Assembly: GCA_004553715.1 (NCBI GenBank)
Contig: SFKP01000010.1
Span: 25,256 to 89,255, forward strand
Reading direction: 5' to 3'
DNA from: Clostridiales bacterium
GTDB taxonomy: Bacteria; Bacillota; Clostridia; TANB77; CAG-508
DNA length: 64,000 nucleotides
The notes beneath the pieces are model-generated. The model had not been told where the DNA came from, did no database searches, and saw only the letters and a list, made by a program, of their open reading frames with translations. Of this stretch, positions 30,508-41,073 are shown in pieces. Position 1 is the stretch's first letter; every line of letters starts with the position of its first letter. Made by a program: the position numbers and the translations under genes.

Positions 30508-32403
30508 TTATGCAAGCAACCCTTTTTCTAATAATTTTTCTAATACTATAATAAACATTGCGTGTGACCAACCAAGCCCTATTATCCAAGATGGTGATAA
30601 TGAAGCATTATCTACTTGTTCTGATAAATAACCATTCATTCCACTAGTTTTTAGAACAAAGTCAAAGCATTCTTTCGCTTTTCTATTTTCTCCTGTTTCT
30701 AAATAGTATTCTGCCATCCACAATGTTGCTATTACCCATGGTTTTCCGCCCATATAATGGTCTTTGTCGAATCTTTTATATCCACCTGTATATGTTCTTA
30801 AGTTTAGATTTATATTTTCTACAGTATTTAAGATTTTCTTTTCTTTTGCAGAAAACATTTCAAATGGCACAACTAAACCTATTATGCTTATATCAATTAA
30901 GTCATCTTCTAAGTTCCTTTTAAAGGTCTTTCTTTGCTCATCATAGAAATTTTGTAATATAAATTCTCTAATCTGAACTTTCTTTTCTTTTAATGTTTCT
31001 TTATCTTTATTTACATTTTCTTGTTTTATTCTATTTTTCGTAAAGTCTTCTTTCAATTCTTCATAAATGTTTATCATAGAATCATAAGCTTTAAAAATGC
31101 TTGCTAATGAGTATAAATGCACTCCTTCATGCATTTCCCACAAATCATAAGATGGCTGCATTTCTTCTTTTTTTATTACTTTTTCCATATATTTTTGTAA
31201 ATAACTTATTGCTTTTTCGCACATTTTTAAATTTTCTCTTAAGAACTTTTTATCTTTCATTCTTAAATAATGTTTATATACACCATATACTACTGAAGCT
31301 GTTTCATCTATTTGATATCCCCAACATGGAGCTAATCTTCCATCAGTAAAAAATCTTTGTTCCCACATTCCATTTTTACTTTGTGTATTTTTACAAAAAT
31401 GTTTGTAAAATCTTTCAGTTTCTTTAGTCATGTTTAAGATATCCATTGCATCTGTAATAAATACAGCATCACGAGGCCAACAATATGTATATCTTCCACA
31501 TTTAGTTAACTTTTCATCTACCTCTACTGCTGCAGACATTCCACCTGTTTGTGAGTTTTGAAGTAATGGGTATAAAAGTATTGTTCTTTCATAAATTTCT
31601 CTAATCTTATTATTCCTTGGATTATCCTCTAAATTTAATGCTAATCCATCATGAATTTTAAAATATTTTTTCCAATACTTTAAAGTTTGCTCATACTCTG
31701 TTTTAAAATCTATTTTTGTTATTCTGTTAATTGTTTTTTCTATTCCATCTAATCCTGTTTTATTGTCATCAATATATAGATATAATTCAAATTCCTTTTC
31801 TTCGTTTGGTCTTAATATTCCTAAATCATAGCTTATGCTAGAATCACTGGACATTCCAACATAATCTTTGTCCCAAACTTGACCTTCATTTATATTTGCC
31901 ATAGAGTTATTTATTTGTGAACTTTTAATCTTATTCTTAGAAAATACGCATAGTGAATAATCATGCATATATTGCAATAATGCATTATTTTTGCACAACC
32001 CACTAACTGGATTATTGTCTGTTGATATAAGTTTTGAATGGATTAAGAAATTTATATCTAAATCTATTATATTTTCATTTACAAATTTGTATCTTTTTAC
32101 TAAAATATTTTCATTTATACATACAAAATCTGTTTGTGTTATTTTTAAATTAAAATATGTATTTACTATTTCTGTTTTTAAAATGTTTGTTTTATTTATA
32201 AACTTTTGATTATAAATATTATTTACATCATTATGAAGATATATCATTCCAGAGTCATTTACTTTTACTCCAGTATGAAAGAAATCTATAAATTGTTTAT
32301 AATCTGTAGTTGGATAAAACAGTCTTATTAATTCTCCTCGTTTTGTAAAACTTGCTGTTATATTATTATTTCCAATTACTGCATCATTAAAATATTTTTC
32401 CAT
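30508..32403 (-). CDS. GH15 glucoamylase-family glycoside hydrolase
   Basis: 631 aa; an (alpha/alpha)6-barrel C-terminal domain with GGYKRFDKDHYMGGKPWVIATLWMAEYY. Confidence 0.65.
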   Translation of the reverse strand: MEKYFNDAVIGNNNITASFTKRGELIRLFYPTTDYKQFIDFFHTGVKVNDSGMIYLHNDVNNIYNQKFINKTNILKTEIVNTYFNLKITQTDFVCINENILVKRYKFVNENIIDLDINFLIHSKLISTDNNPVSGLCKNNALLQYMHDYSLCVFSKNKIKSSQINNSMANINEGQVWDKDYVGMSSDSSISYDLGILRPNEEKEFELYLYIDDNKTGLDGIEKTINRITKIDFKTEYEQTLKYWKKYFKIHDGLALNLEDNPRNNKIREIYERTILLYPLLQNSQTGGMSAAVEVDEKLTKCGRYTYCWPRDAVFITDAMDILNMTKETERFYKHFCKNTQSKNGMWEQRFFTDGRLAPCWGYQIDETASVVYGVYKHYLRMKDKKFLRENLKMCEKAISYLQKYMEKVIKKEEMQPSYDLWEMHEGVHLYSLASIFKAYDSMINIYEELKEDFTKNRIKQENVNKDKETLKEKKVQIREFILQNFYDEQRKTFKRNLEDDLIDISIIGLVVPFEMFSAKEKKILNTVENINLNLRTYTGGYKRFDKDHYMGGKPWVIATLWMAEYYLETGENRKAKECFDFVLKTSGMNGYLSEQVDNASLSPSWIIGLGWSHAMFIIVLEKLLEKGLLA

Positions 32404-32412
32404 TTGTATCTC

Positions 32413-34059
32413 CTATTCCTCTATAACTTTAACAATTTGTTGCTCAAGTTCTTTTATTTTATTGTTTATTTCTAGTATTTCTTCATCTTGTTTGTCACTT
32501 GTATATATATCATCTTTTATTATTTCTGCCATTTCTTCTAGTTCTTCTTTTAACGTTGCAAGTCTATCCATTACCTCTAATTTCAAGTATTTATATTTCT
32601 TAGTTTCATCTAATTCACCAATTAGAGTGATGACATTATCTAATGAGTATTGTTCTCCATAACCAGGAATAATTACTGGTATTTTAACACTTTCTTCTAT
32701 CTTTGATTTTAATATTTTTTGTCCTTCTGGTTCTCCATGAACTAAGAAAATATTTTTTGGTTTTGTTATAAATGAGTATACAAAATTTAATAACCATTCT
32801 TGGTCAGCATGACCTGAATACCCTTCTATGTACTCTATTCTAGCATTTACTGCAACCTCTTCGCCAAAGATCTTTACTTTTTTTTCTCCTCTTACTATTT
32901 TATCTCCCAAAGTCCCTGGTGCCTGGTATCCTACAAAAAGTATAGTATTATTTGGATTCCATAAATTGTGTTTTAAATGGTGTTTAATTCTTCCTACTTC
33001 GCACATTCCACTTGCTGATATAATAATTGCAGGAATAGTCATTTCATTTAATGCTTTTGATTCTTCTGCTGTTCTTGTGAATTGTAGACCTGGGAATTCT
33101 AGTGGATTATCTCCACTTTCTATTTCTTTTCTTACATCTTCTTCGAATAAGTTAACATTCTGTTTAAATATCTCTGTTGCAGATATTGCAAGAGGACTAT
33201 CTACAAATACTGGTACTTTCATTAAAGTTTCATATTTTCTTAAAAATTCCTCATCATGTTTTCTTTCTTTTAACTTATTTAATTCATATAAAATTTCTTG
33301 AGTTCTTCCTACTGCAAATGATGGTATTATTACATTTCCACCTTTATCTAAAGTTTCTGATACAATATCTAAAAATCTTTCTGCTTTTTCATCATTTCTT
33401 AGATGCAATCTTCCTCCATAAGTTGATTCCATAACAAGTATATCTGCATTTTCAATCATTGTTGGAGAATCTAATAATGGAATGTCATTATTCCCTAAAT
33501 CACCTGTAAAAACAATCTTTTTAGTTTCACCATTTTCTGTTATCCATATTTCTATTATTGCGGACCCTAACATATGTCCTGCATCATTAAATCTTACTGA
33601 TATATTTTTGTCTAACTCAACTATTTCATCATAATTAACTGGCTGAAATATTTCTAAACATTTTATCGCATCTTGTGCAGTATAAATTGGAGGTCTTGGT
33701 GGCAAACCTTTTCTTTCTCTTTTTCTATTTTGCCATTCTACTTCCATTTCTTGAATATGTCCACTATCTGGAAGCATTATTGAACATAAATCACATGTAG
33801 CTTTTGTTGCTATTACTGGATTTCTATATCCTTCTACATATAACTTTGGAATTCTTCCTGAATGGTCAATATGAGCATGTGTTAATAATACAAAATCTAT
33901 ATCTTGAACATTATAAGCAAAATCCTCATAATTTTCTCTTTCTTCTTGTGCCTTCCCTTGGTTTAGTCCACAATCTATTAATATTTTTCTTCCAGCTCCT
34001 TCTAATAAAAAATTTGATCCTGTCACCGTTTTTGCAGCTCCTAAAAATGTAATATTCAT
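32413..34059 (-). CDS. Beta-CASP RNA-metabolising MBL-fold hydrolase (RNase J/CPSF-like)
   Basis: LGAAKTVTGSNFLLE...LIDCG, HAHIDH; a coiled-coil C-terminus. Confidence 0.65.
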   Translation of the reverse strand: MNITFLGAAKTVTGSNFLLEGAGRKILIDCGLNQGKAQEERENYEDFAYNVQDIDFVLLTHAHIDHSGRIPKLYVEGYRNPVIATKATCDLCSIMLPDSGHIQEMEVEWQNRKRERKGLPPRPPIYTAQDAIKCLEIFQPVNYDEIVELDKNISVRFNDAGHMLGSAIIEIWITENGETKKIVFTGDLGNNDIPLLDSPTMIENADILVMESTYGGRLHLRNDEKAERFLDIVSETLDKGGNVIIPSFAVGRTQEILYELNKLKERKHDEEFLRKYETLMKVPVFVDSPLAISATEIFKQNVNLFEEDVRKEIESGDNPLEFPGLQFTRTAEESKALNEMTIPAIIISASGMCEVGRIKHHLKHNLWNPNNTILFVGYQAPGTLGDKIVRGEKKVKIFGEEVAVNARIEYIEGYSGHADQEWLLNFVYSFITKPKNIFLVHGEPEGQKILKSKIEESVKIPVIIPGYGEQYSLDNVITLIGELDETKKYKYLKLEVMDRLATLKEELEEMAEIIKDDIYTSDKQDEEILEINNKIKELEQQIVKVIEE

Positions 34060-34068
34060 CTTTTCCTC

Positions 34069-35595
34069 CTATATAAATAATTTTATTTTCCTGTTTGGTT
34101 TTACATTTAAATCTACTATATTTTCAAAACAGATAGTCTTTTCTAAGCTTTTGTCTTCATAAATTTCAAAACATATTGACTTATCTTTCTTTACAGGTTT
34201 TAGCCAAATGCTTTCTAAATTTATTATTCCTATATCTAATATTTCAGATATTATTCTATAATTATCTAAAATATCTTGGCTAATTATATTTATTGTCTTT
34301 AAATTACACGCAACTGTAATTGCTTCTTTTTCTACTTCTGATATTGTTTTTGATACTTCTTTAATATCTTTTATTTTTGTGTCCTTCTTGATTAGTATAT
34401 TTTTATAATATCTAATTTTATATATAATATCAGTAATATTCTTTTTTGTTTCAGCTATTTTTATCTTATCCTCAAACATTTTTAAAGTAGTTTCTATAAA
34501 TCTATTTGTAATCTTTTCTTTGTTTTGAGTAGCATCTTCTAAATTAATATCATTTAAAAATCTTATATTGTTTTCTAAAGCCGTTTTTTCCTTTAAATAA
34601 TTTTGGGGTTCAAGTCTTTTATTATTTTTTTCTAACTTCTCTTGTAAAAATTCTTTTCTTTGTTCTTGTAACTCACTAAAATCGCTTAAACTAAAGACTC
34701 TCTTTTCCTTTGGTAAGACTTTATTTTGTTCTATATATTCTTTTTTAAGTAGCATATCATCACTAAAAATCAATTCTATATTTGCTAATTCTTTTTCTAT
34801 TGTAATTTTTTTTGATTTTAAATCTTCCAAAAATTTAGGTTTATCTAAAAGTATTTCTAAACTTTTTTCTTGCTCTGTTTTAATATTTATTAATCTTTGC
34901 TTTTCTGAAGTGTCATTTAATACCTTTTCTATTACAGCTAATTGATATAATCTGTTTAAAAACCTATTTATATTTTGTTTATTTGAAAACTCTTTCATTT
35001 TTGTAATAATTTCTAAAATAGCATCATTGGTTGTAATTTCTTCTAAATTGACTACTAAATTTAAGCTTTGATATAAAAAATTTTTAAAGATATCTTCAAT
35101 ATTTTCTTGGTTAATATTCCAAGACCAACCATCAAAATCTCTTACAATTTCAGACATATTAATTGCTCTGCCCATATTTAAAACTTCTGATACAGCAGGA
35201 CTTATTATTTCATATTCTTCTGGGACTATATACTTGTTATCACTTATCATAAATAAAGAATATACGATTGATGTTTCATTAGGATATGCTATTATTCCTT
35301 TTAATTCTTTACTTATTTTGCATTTTTTTAAGTCTTCATCTGCTACTTTTGGTTTTACAATTTCTATTTTATTGCACTTGCTAATTAGGTCTATTATTTC
35401 TTCTATTATATCTTTCTTAGGCAAAACATTAACTTTTACTGTTTTATAATCGTTATACCCTGCTTCTATCTTATATAATATTTCTAGCAAAATGTTTTTA
35501 GCATTTTCTGAGAAAGGTTTATTAGCTAATATTTCTTCTAGTAATTTGCTATAATCTTTAATATTTAGTTTTGCAATAATATTTCCTTTCTCCAA
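34069..35595 (-). CDS. Hypothetical K/E/I-rich protein (508 aa)
   Basis: A long ORF in the operon context with no recognisable motifs. Confidence 0.4.
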   Translation of the reverse strand: MEKGNIIAKLNIKDYSKLLEEILANKPFSENAKNILLEILYKIEAGYNDYKTVKVNVLPKKDIIEEIIDLISKCNKIEIVKPKVADEDLKKCKISKELKGIIAYPNETSIVYSLFMISDNKYIVPEEYEIISPAVSEVLNMGRAINMSEIVRDFDGWSWNINQENIEDIFKNFLYQSLNLVVNLEEITTNDAILEIITKMKEFSNKQNINRFLNRLYQLAVIEKVLNDTSEKQRLINIKTEQEKSLEILLDKPKFLEDLKSKKITIEKELANIELIFSDDMLLKKEYIEQNKVLPKEKRVFSLSDFSELQEQRKEFLQEKLEKNNKRLEPQNYLKEKTALENNIRFLNDINLEDATQNKEKITNRFIETTLKMFEDKIKIAETKKNITDIIYKIRYYKNILIKKDTKIKDIKEVSKTISEVEKEAITVACNLKTINIISQDILDNYRIISEILDIGIINLESIWLKPVKKDKSICFEIYEDKSLEKTICFENIVDLNVKPNRKIKLFI

Positions 35596-35608
35596 AATTA
35601 CACCTCTT

Positions 35609-37851
35609 TTATTGATTATCTTCTGTTGCTTGTGGCTTAGCCATTTTAAGTTCTTCCCATCTTTCCTTTGGCATTAATACTTGTCTTGGCTTACTTCCTT
35701 CATACCCTGAGATTATTCCTCTTTGTTCCATTTGATCTATTATTCTACCTGCTCTTGCATATCCTACTTTAAATCTTCTTTGAATAAATGAAGTAGAAGC
35801 TTGTCCCATATCAACTACAACATCAATTGCCTCCATAAGTAGTGGATCTATTTCATCTTCTGCTTCTTCATCAAGTTCTTTATCAGTAGAATTTGCTTTT
35901 TCAATTTTTTCTAAAATGTCTTCATTATATGTTGCTCCACCATTTTCTTTTAGGAAACTTACTATTTTTTCTACTTCAGCATCTGATATAAATGCCCCTT
36001 GAATTCTTTGTGGTTTTAAAACTCCTGAAGGGAAGAATAGCATATCACCTTTCCCTAATAATTTTTCTGCACCTGCTGAATCAATTATTGTTCTAGAGTC
36101 TACTTGTGAAGTAACCGCAAACGAAATTCTGCTTGCTATATTTGCTTTAATAATACCTGTAATTACATCTACTGAAGGTCTTTGAGTTGCTATAACTAAG
36201 TGCATTCCAGCTGCTCTTGCCATTTGTGCTAAACGGCAAATTGCATCTTCTACATCTTTTGCTGCTACCATCATTAAGTCTGCAAGCTCATCAATGATAA
36301 TTACTATTTGAGGAAGTTTTTCTTCTATTCCTTCTTTTTCTAATGCTTGATTATATCCTTCTATATCTCTTACATTTTTTTCTGCAAATAAATGGTATCT
36401 ATTTACCATTTCTTGTACAGCCCAAGAAAGTGCTCCTGCAGCCTTTTTAGGATCTGTAACAACTGGTATAAGCAAATGTGGTATTCCGTTATAAACTGAA
36501 AGTTCAACTACTTTAGGGTCTACCATAACTAATTTTACTTCACTTGGTTTTGCTTTATAAATTATACTTGTAATCAATGTATTTATACAAACACTCTTAC
36601 CAGAGCCAGTACTTCCTGCAATAAGCACATGTGGCATTTTTGCAATATCTGATACTATAACATCTCCTGCTGCATCTTTTCCTACTGCAAAACTTAATTT
36701 TGATTTTGCTGTTTTAAACTCTTTGCTATCTATAATATCTCTTAAAACTACCATTTCTTTTTCTTTATTTGGTATTTCAATTCCTACAGCTTGTTTCCCT
36801 GGAATTGGAGCTTCTATTCTTATTGATTCTGCTGCTAAATTTAAAGCAATATCATCAGCTAATTTTGCTATTTTACTTACTCGTACACCTTCTGCTGGTT
36901 TTAATTCATATCTTGTAATTGTTGGCCCTACTGATACATTTTCCACTTTTGCACTTACTCCAAAGCTATGCAGAGTTTTTTGCAATTTTGAAGCTGTTTC
37001 TGTCAACGCCTTTTTAGTGTTTTTTACATTAGTTTTTGAAGCATTTAAAAACTCTATTGGTGGAAATTCATAGTCTTTATCTTCAACAGTTATAGTATGT
37101 TCTAAAGTCAAAACCTCTTTAGATGTATCCTTTTTTTCTTCCTCTTGTTTTCTGAATAATGAATTTTCATTAACAATATTAATATTCATCTGTTCATCTG
37201 TATCTTTTAAATTTTTTTCTTTACTGTCTTTTTCTTCTTTAATAATTATATTTTCAATTTTATCCTTTTTTATTCCAGCAATAATATTTGCTTTTTCTTC
37301 TTTTCTTTGTGTTTTCTTTGCTCTACTATTTCTTTTAATTTTTCGGCTGGTTTAATTCCATAAAGGAATATTGCAGTAATTACAGTAATTCCTATTGCAA
37401 TTATTATTGCTCCTATTTTTCCTGTTAGCTTTATAAGTGCTACAGCAAGTAAAGCACCAAAAGCTCCTCCTCCGATATTGTTATTTCCTAATTGATAAGC
37501 TTCTGTAACTATTTCTTCAACATCTTTCGTATAATCAATGTGTGAAGTTATTACTGTTATTATTGCAGAAATACATATTAGCATTACTCCATATTGAAGC
37601 ATTTTTCTAATAATAGATTGTTTATCTTCTTCACATGCAATAGATACTGCAACAGAAAAAGCACCTATTGGAATAAAATATTTTATCCATCCAAAAAGTC
37701 CTCCTATTACAGGGCTTAAGGTTTCACCCAGATATCCAGATTGAACATATATTATTAATCCTAATAAAATGCTAATTACTATTAATATCACTACTTGTAA
37801 GTCTATTCCTACATCTTTCTTTTTTGTTTTTTTTCTTTTTTTATTTGCCAT
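35609..37851 (-). pseudogene. ftsK: DNA translocase FtsK/SpoIIIE, with the N-terminal membrane domain and the motor domain in different frames (frameshift within 37273-37351)
   Basis: ORF 37270..37851 has 4-5 TM helices. ORF 35609..37189 has Walker [14 protein letters not shown] and a gamma domain. The motor frame is open up to 37351, and both frames are open across an A-rich K/E linker, which is typical of a homopolymer indel. Confidence 0.75.
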
Positions 37852-37921
37852 ATTTGCTCCTTATTATTAAAAAATAAGTCAGAAACTCCAATTTTATTGA
37901 CAATTCCTGACTTTCAGATAT

Positions 37922-38380
37922 TTATTTTAGTTCTTTTCTATTGTTTTCTATTGTTGATATTGTATCATTTAAAGACACCATTATACCATTAATCGCTGAC
38001 TCTAAATTAGCTAATATGCTATCTGCATAGTCTTTTGTTCCTTTAGAAATTTCTCTAGACATCTCGTTTGCTGTTTCGATTATTTCTGCTTTCTGTTCAT
38101 AAGCTTTTCTTGTAATCTCATGTTCATCTATCATAGCTATAATTCTATTTTCAGCTTCTTTAACTATATCATCAGCTTCTTTTTGTGATTCTTGTAATAT
38201 ACGTTCACGCTCTTCTTTTACCCATTTTGCTTGTTTCAATTCATCAGGAAGCTTTAATCTTATTTCTTTAATTATTTCTAACACTTCATCTTTTTCTACA
38301 ATTGTTTTCTCTGTAAAAGGTACTGTTTTACTCCTCTCCATTATATCCTCTAATGTTTCTAATAGCGTAAAAATTTCCAT
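37922..38380 (-). CDS. Hypothetical coiled-coil protein (152 aa)
   Basis: ORF with a heptad-like E/K-rich sequence. Confidence 0.4.
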   Translation of the reverse strand: MEIFTLLETLEDIMERSKTVPFTEKTIVEKDEVLEIIKEIRLKLPDELKQAKWVKEERERILQESQKEADDIVKEAENRIIAMIDEHEITRKAYEQKAEIIETANEMSREISKGTKDYADSILANLESAINGIMVSLNDTISTIENNRKELK

Positions 38381-38383
38381 GTT

Positions 38384-38941
38384 CTACTCCTTTCGAATAA
38401 ATATGAGAATTACATTTCCATATTTTCTTTCGTCATAAATTTCTATTCCATCAATCAATAAAATATCATTTTTTTTGTTAATATCATTTGTTTCTAAAAC
38501 TATAATACCATCTTTGGTTAATAAATCATATTTTATTACAATGTCTATTGCTTTTACAGCAAAATCTGTTTTATATGGTGGATCTAAAAATATAAAATCA
38601 AATTTGTTTTTTTTATCACATAATTGTTTTAATGCTAGATTATAATCTTTTCTTAATATAACACTTTGATTTTCAAATTTTGTGTTTTGCACATTTTTTG
38701 TAATTGCTTTTATTGCTTTTATATCTTTATCGCAAAATACTGCTTTTTTAGCCCCTCTGCTTAGTGCCTCTATTCCTAGTGCACCACTTCCAGCAAACAA
38801 ATCTAAAACACTTTTCCCTTCTAAATCAAACTGTATAATACTAAATAATGCTTCTTTTACTCTATCTAAAGTTGGTCTTGTATCTAAACCTTCTTGTGAT
38901 ATGAGTTTTGTTCCTCTAGCTACTCCACTAATTACCCTCAT
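38384..38941 (-). CDS. rsmD: 16S rRNA (guanine966-N2)-methyltransferase
   Basis: VLDLFAGSGALGIEALSRGA and FLDPPY motifs. Confidence 0.8.
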   Translation of the reverse strand: MRVISGVARGTKLISQEGLDTRPTLDRVKEALFSIIQFDLEGKSVLDLFAGSGALGIEALSRGAKKAVFCDKDIKAIKAITKNVQNTKFENQSVILRKDYNLALKQLCDKKNKFDFIFLDPPYKTDFAVKAIDIVIKYDLLTKDGIIVLETNDINKKNDILLIDGIEIYDERKYGNVILIFIRKE

Positions 38942-39130
38942 CTTTAAAAAAACCTCTTTGATATATATATTTTATTGTAAATTTCTCATAAGTCAATAGG
39001 GTTAACACAATTGTAATATTTAAATAATATTTTTGTAACATTATTTTTCTTGTACATTATATATGAATTTTTTAGATTTTGCAATACTTATTACAAATAT
39101 TGTGACTTTTGTTAAATCGCAAAAAAGGTC

Positions 39131-39314
39131 GTTAATGTTCAGACCAATCACTATATAATCCGCTCCATCTTGCTGTCGGTTGGACATTTTCTTTTCTTAC
39201 CGCTCCATCTTGCTGTCGGTTGGACATTTTCTTTTCTTAAGCTAAAGCACGAAAAGAAAATGTCCAACCGACACGTGGAGCTACTAATTTGAAAATTAGG
39301 GTCTTAACATTAAC
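39131..39314 (+). mobile_element. MITE-like element, copy E (184 bp; a 41-bp internal tandem duplication of the left hairpin arm)
   Basis: gttaatgttcagacc ... gggtcttaacattaac. Perfect 8-bp target-site duplication aaaaggtc (39123-39130 and 39315-39322). The segment ccgctccatcttgctgtcggttggacattttcttttctta is present twice. Confidence 0.85.
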
Positions 39315-39341
39315 AAAAGGTCTATTTTCATAGACCTTTTT

Positions 39342-39415
39342 TATTGTATAGGAAAAATCGCATATTATCTTGACCCAATATAAGGTTTTTCCGTATGTAA
39401 CAAGGTTGGGCTACC
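39342..39415 (-). repeat. R2 hairpin repeat, second copy (reverse complement of 23178-23251)
   Basis: About 90% identity to the 23-kb copy. Stem ttgtatacggaaaaatc / gatttttcctatacaa. Confidence 0.7.
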
Positions 39416-39483
39416 TTTCTTATATTTTTACATTGCTTCTTTTTCTTGGTTTTCTGCAGGAGTATCATTTTTTTCTATTATTT

Positions 39484-40149
39484 CTAAGCTTCCAATTGAT
39501 ACTTCATATGCCATACTTCATATGCCACTTTTTGTTCTACTGAGCCATCTTCGTGTTTTTTCTCATACATTCTTGATTGAACTCTTCCCACTACTTTTAC
39601 CTCAGTACCTACAGGCATATTTTCACAAAATCTTGCATTTCTTCCCCAAGCAATACAAGGTATGTAATCTGATTTATTATAAGCTCTGTTTATTGCAAGC
39701 AATATATCTGAAATTTCTCTTCCAAATGGTGTTTTTCTATATATTGGCTTTTTACAAATGTATCCTATAAGCACTACTTCATTAGATACTTTGATTGGTT
39801 TTGTAGTTCCTTCTTCGCCTTCTGTTATCTCTTGCTCTACTTCTGCTTCTTTTTCTCTTATTTCTTTTGCAAATACTGTAAGGACTAGTCTGCTTCTTTC
39901 ATTTTCATATGCATTATATGATCTGAATTGTCCTTCTATTTCTACTTCTTTTCCAATAGTTAAATCAAAATTTACTAACAATCTTTCTGATATTGTAATT
40001 GGAATTATGTCTGATGTTTGACTTAAACGTGGTACCTCCAAATTAAAAACATAAAAACTTTCACCATATATCTCATGACTAAATTTTTTATCACTTGTAA
40101 TTTTACCAACTAAAACTAGATAGTTGTTTTCTAAATAATTTGTAATCAC
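39484..40149 (-). CDS. SSB-like protein with tandem OB folds
   Basis: The second half, NEVVLIGYICKKPIYRKTPFGREISDILLAINRAY...YIPCIAWGRNARF...VGRVQSRMYE, resembles an SSB OB fold. The first half is a second OB-like unit. Confidence 0.4.
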   Translation of the reverse strand: MITNYLENNYLVLVGKITSDKKFSHEIYGESFYVFNLEVPRLSQTSDIIPITISERLLVNFDLTIGKEVEIEGQFRSYNAYENERSRLVLTVFAKEIREKEAEVEQEITEGEEGTTKPIKVSNEVVLIGYICKKPIYRKTPFGREISDILLAINRAYNKSDYIPCIAWGRNARFCENMPVGTEVKVVGRVQSRMYEKKHEDGSVEQKVAYEVWHMKYQLEA

Positions 40150-40250
40150 TTTATTTCCTCCTTTTTTCTATCGTGACTTATTATTTTTCATTAGACAGTA
40201 CTATTATACTACTTTTAGTTGGGTTTGTCTACATAAAATGGAAAATTTAT

Positions 40251-40727
40251 CTATTTTTTTATGTCAAGTACTTTAAACTTTATTACTCCACCTGGGGTTT
40301 GAGCTTCAACTATTTGGTTTTTTTTGGCTCCCATTAAAGCTGCACCAATTGGGGATTCGTTTGAAATCTTATTTTCTGCTAGGTTTACCTCTGTAGAACC
40401 AACTATTGTGTATTCACATTTTTCATCATATTCCATATCTAAAACAGTTACAATATTTCCTACTTGTACTGTCTTAGTATCTATTTCTGATTCGTCAATA
40501 ATCTTAGCATATCTTATTTTATTTTCTAATTCTGCTATTTTCATTTCATTTGCAGCTTGTGCATTTTTTGCTTCATCATATTCTGAATTTTCTGATAAGT
40601 CTCCAAATCCTAAAGCTATTTTTATTCTTTCAGAAATTTCTGTTCTCTTTTCTGTTTTCAAATATTCTAGTTCTTTCTCTAAATTGTCATATCCTTCTTG
40701 TGTCAATAATATTTCTTTATCTTCCAT
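40251..40727 (-). CDS. greA: Transcription elongation factor GreA
   Basis: 158 aa; LTQEGYDNLEKELEYLKTEKRTEISERIKIALGFGDLSENSEYDEAK. Confidence 0.9.
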   Translation of the reverse strand: MEDKEILLTQEGYDNLEKELEYLKTEKRTEISERIKIALGFGDLSENSEYDEAKNAQAANEMKIAELENKIRYAKIIDESEIDTKTVQVGNIVTVLDMEYDEKCEYTIVGSTEVNLAENKISNESPIGAALMGAKKNQIVEAQTPGGVIKFKVLDIKK

Positions 40728-40822
40728 TTTGCATTTCTCCTTTTATATTTAGTTTAATTTTATTATATTACAATAATCTTTACTGTTTGTCAATCTTTAA
40801 ACATCATTTTTTTTAATTTGTT

Positions 40823-40965
40823 GTTAATGTTTAGACCCAAATTTTCAAATTAGTAGCTCCACGTGTCGGTTGCACTTTTCTTTTCGTGCTTTAGCCTAAG
40901 AAAAGAAAATGTCCAACCGACAGCAAGATGGAGTGGGTTATATATTAATTAGTCTGAACTGTAAC
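40823..40965 (-). mobile_element. MITE-like element, copy F (reverse orientation)
   Basis: Perfect 8-bp target-site duplication aatttgtt (40815-40822 and 40966-40973). The inverted repeats and hairpin are conserved. Confidence 0.85.
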
Positions 40966-41073
40966 AATTTGTTATTATTAGTTAATGGTATTACCTTTAA
41001 ATCCGCTTAATCTTGTTGGATGTAGTACTTTCAATCAATATTTTGAATAAATTCTTTATTGTCAATTTTCCCT

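Noticed and set aside
9007-40965. Dispersed 145-bp repeats as a CRISPR array or integron attC sites (two direct copies flank a tyrosine recombinase)
   Set aside because: The copies are 1.5-20 kb apart with no regular spacers. They carry terminal inverted repeats and distinct 8-bp target-site duplications typical of transposition. The recombinase is chromosomal XerD in its conserved xerD-spoIIM context, with no intI or attI architecture.
13236-41020. Shared 12-mer tttaaatccgct upstream of tmcAL and near 41.0 kb as a regulatory motif
   Set aside because: It is a single short match in AT-rich DNA with no palindromic or positional consistency, so it is most likely chance.
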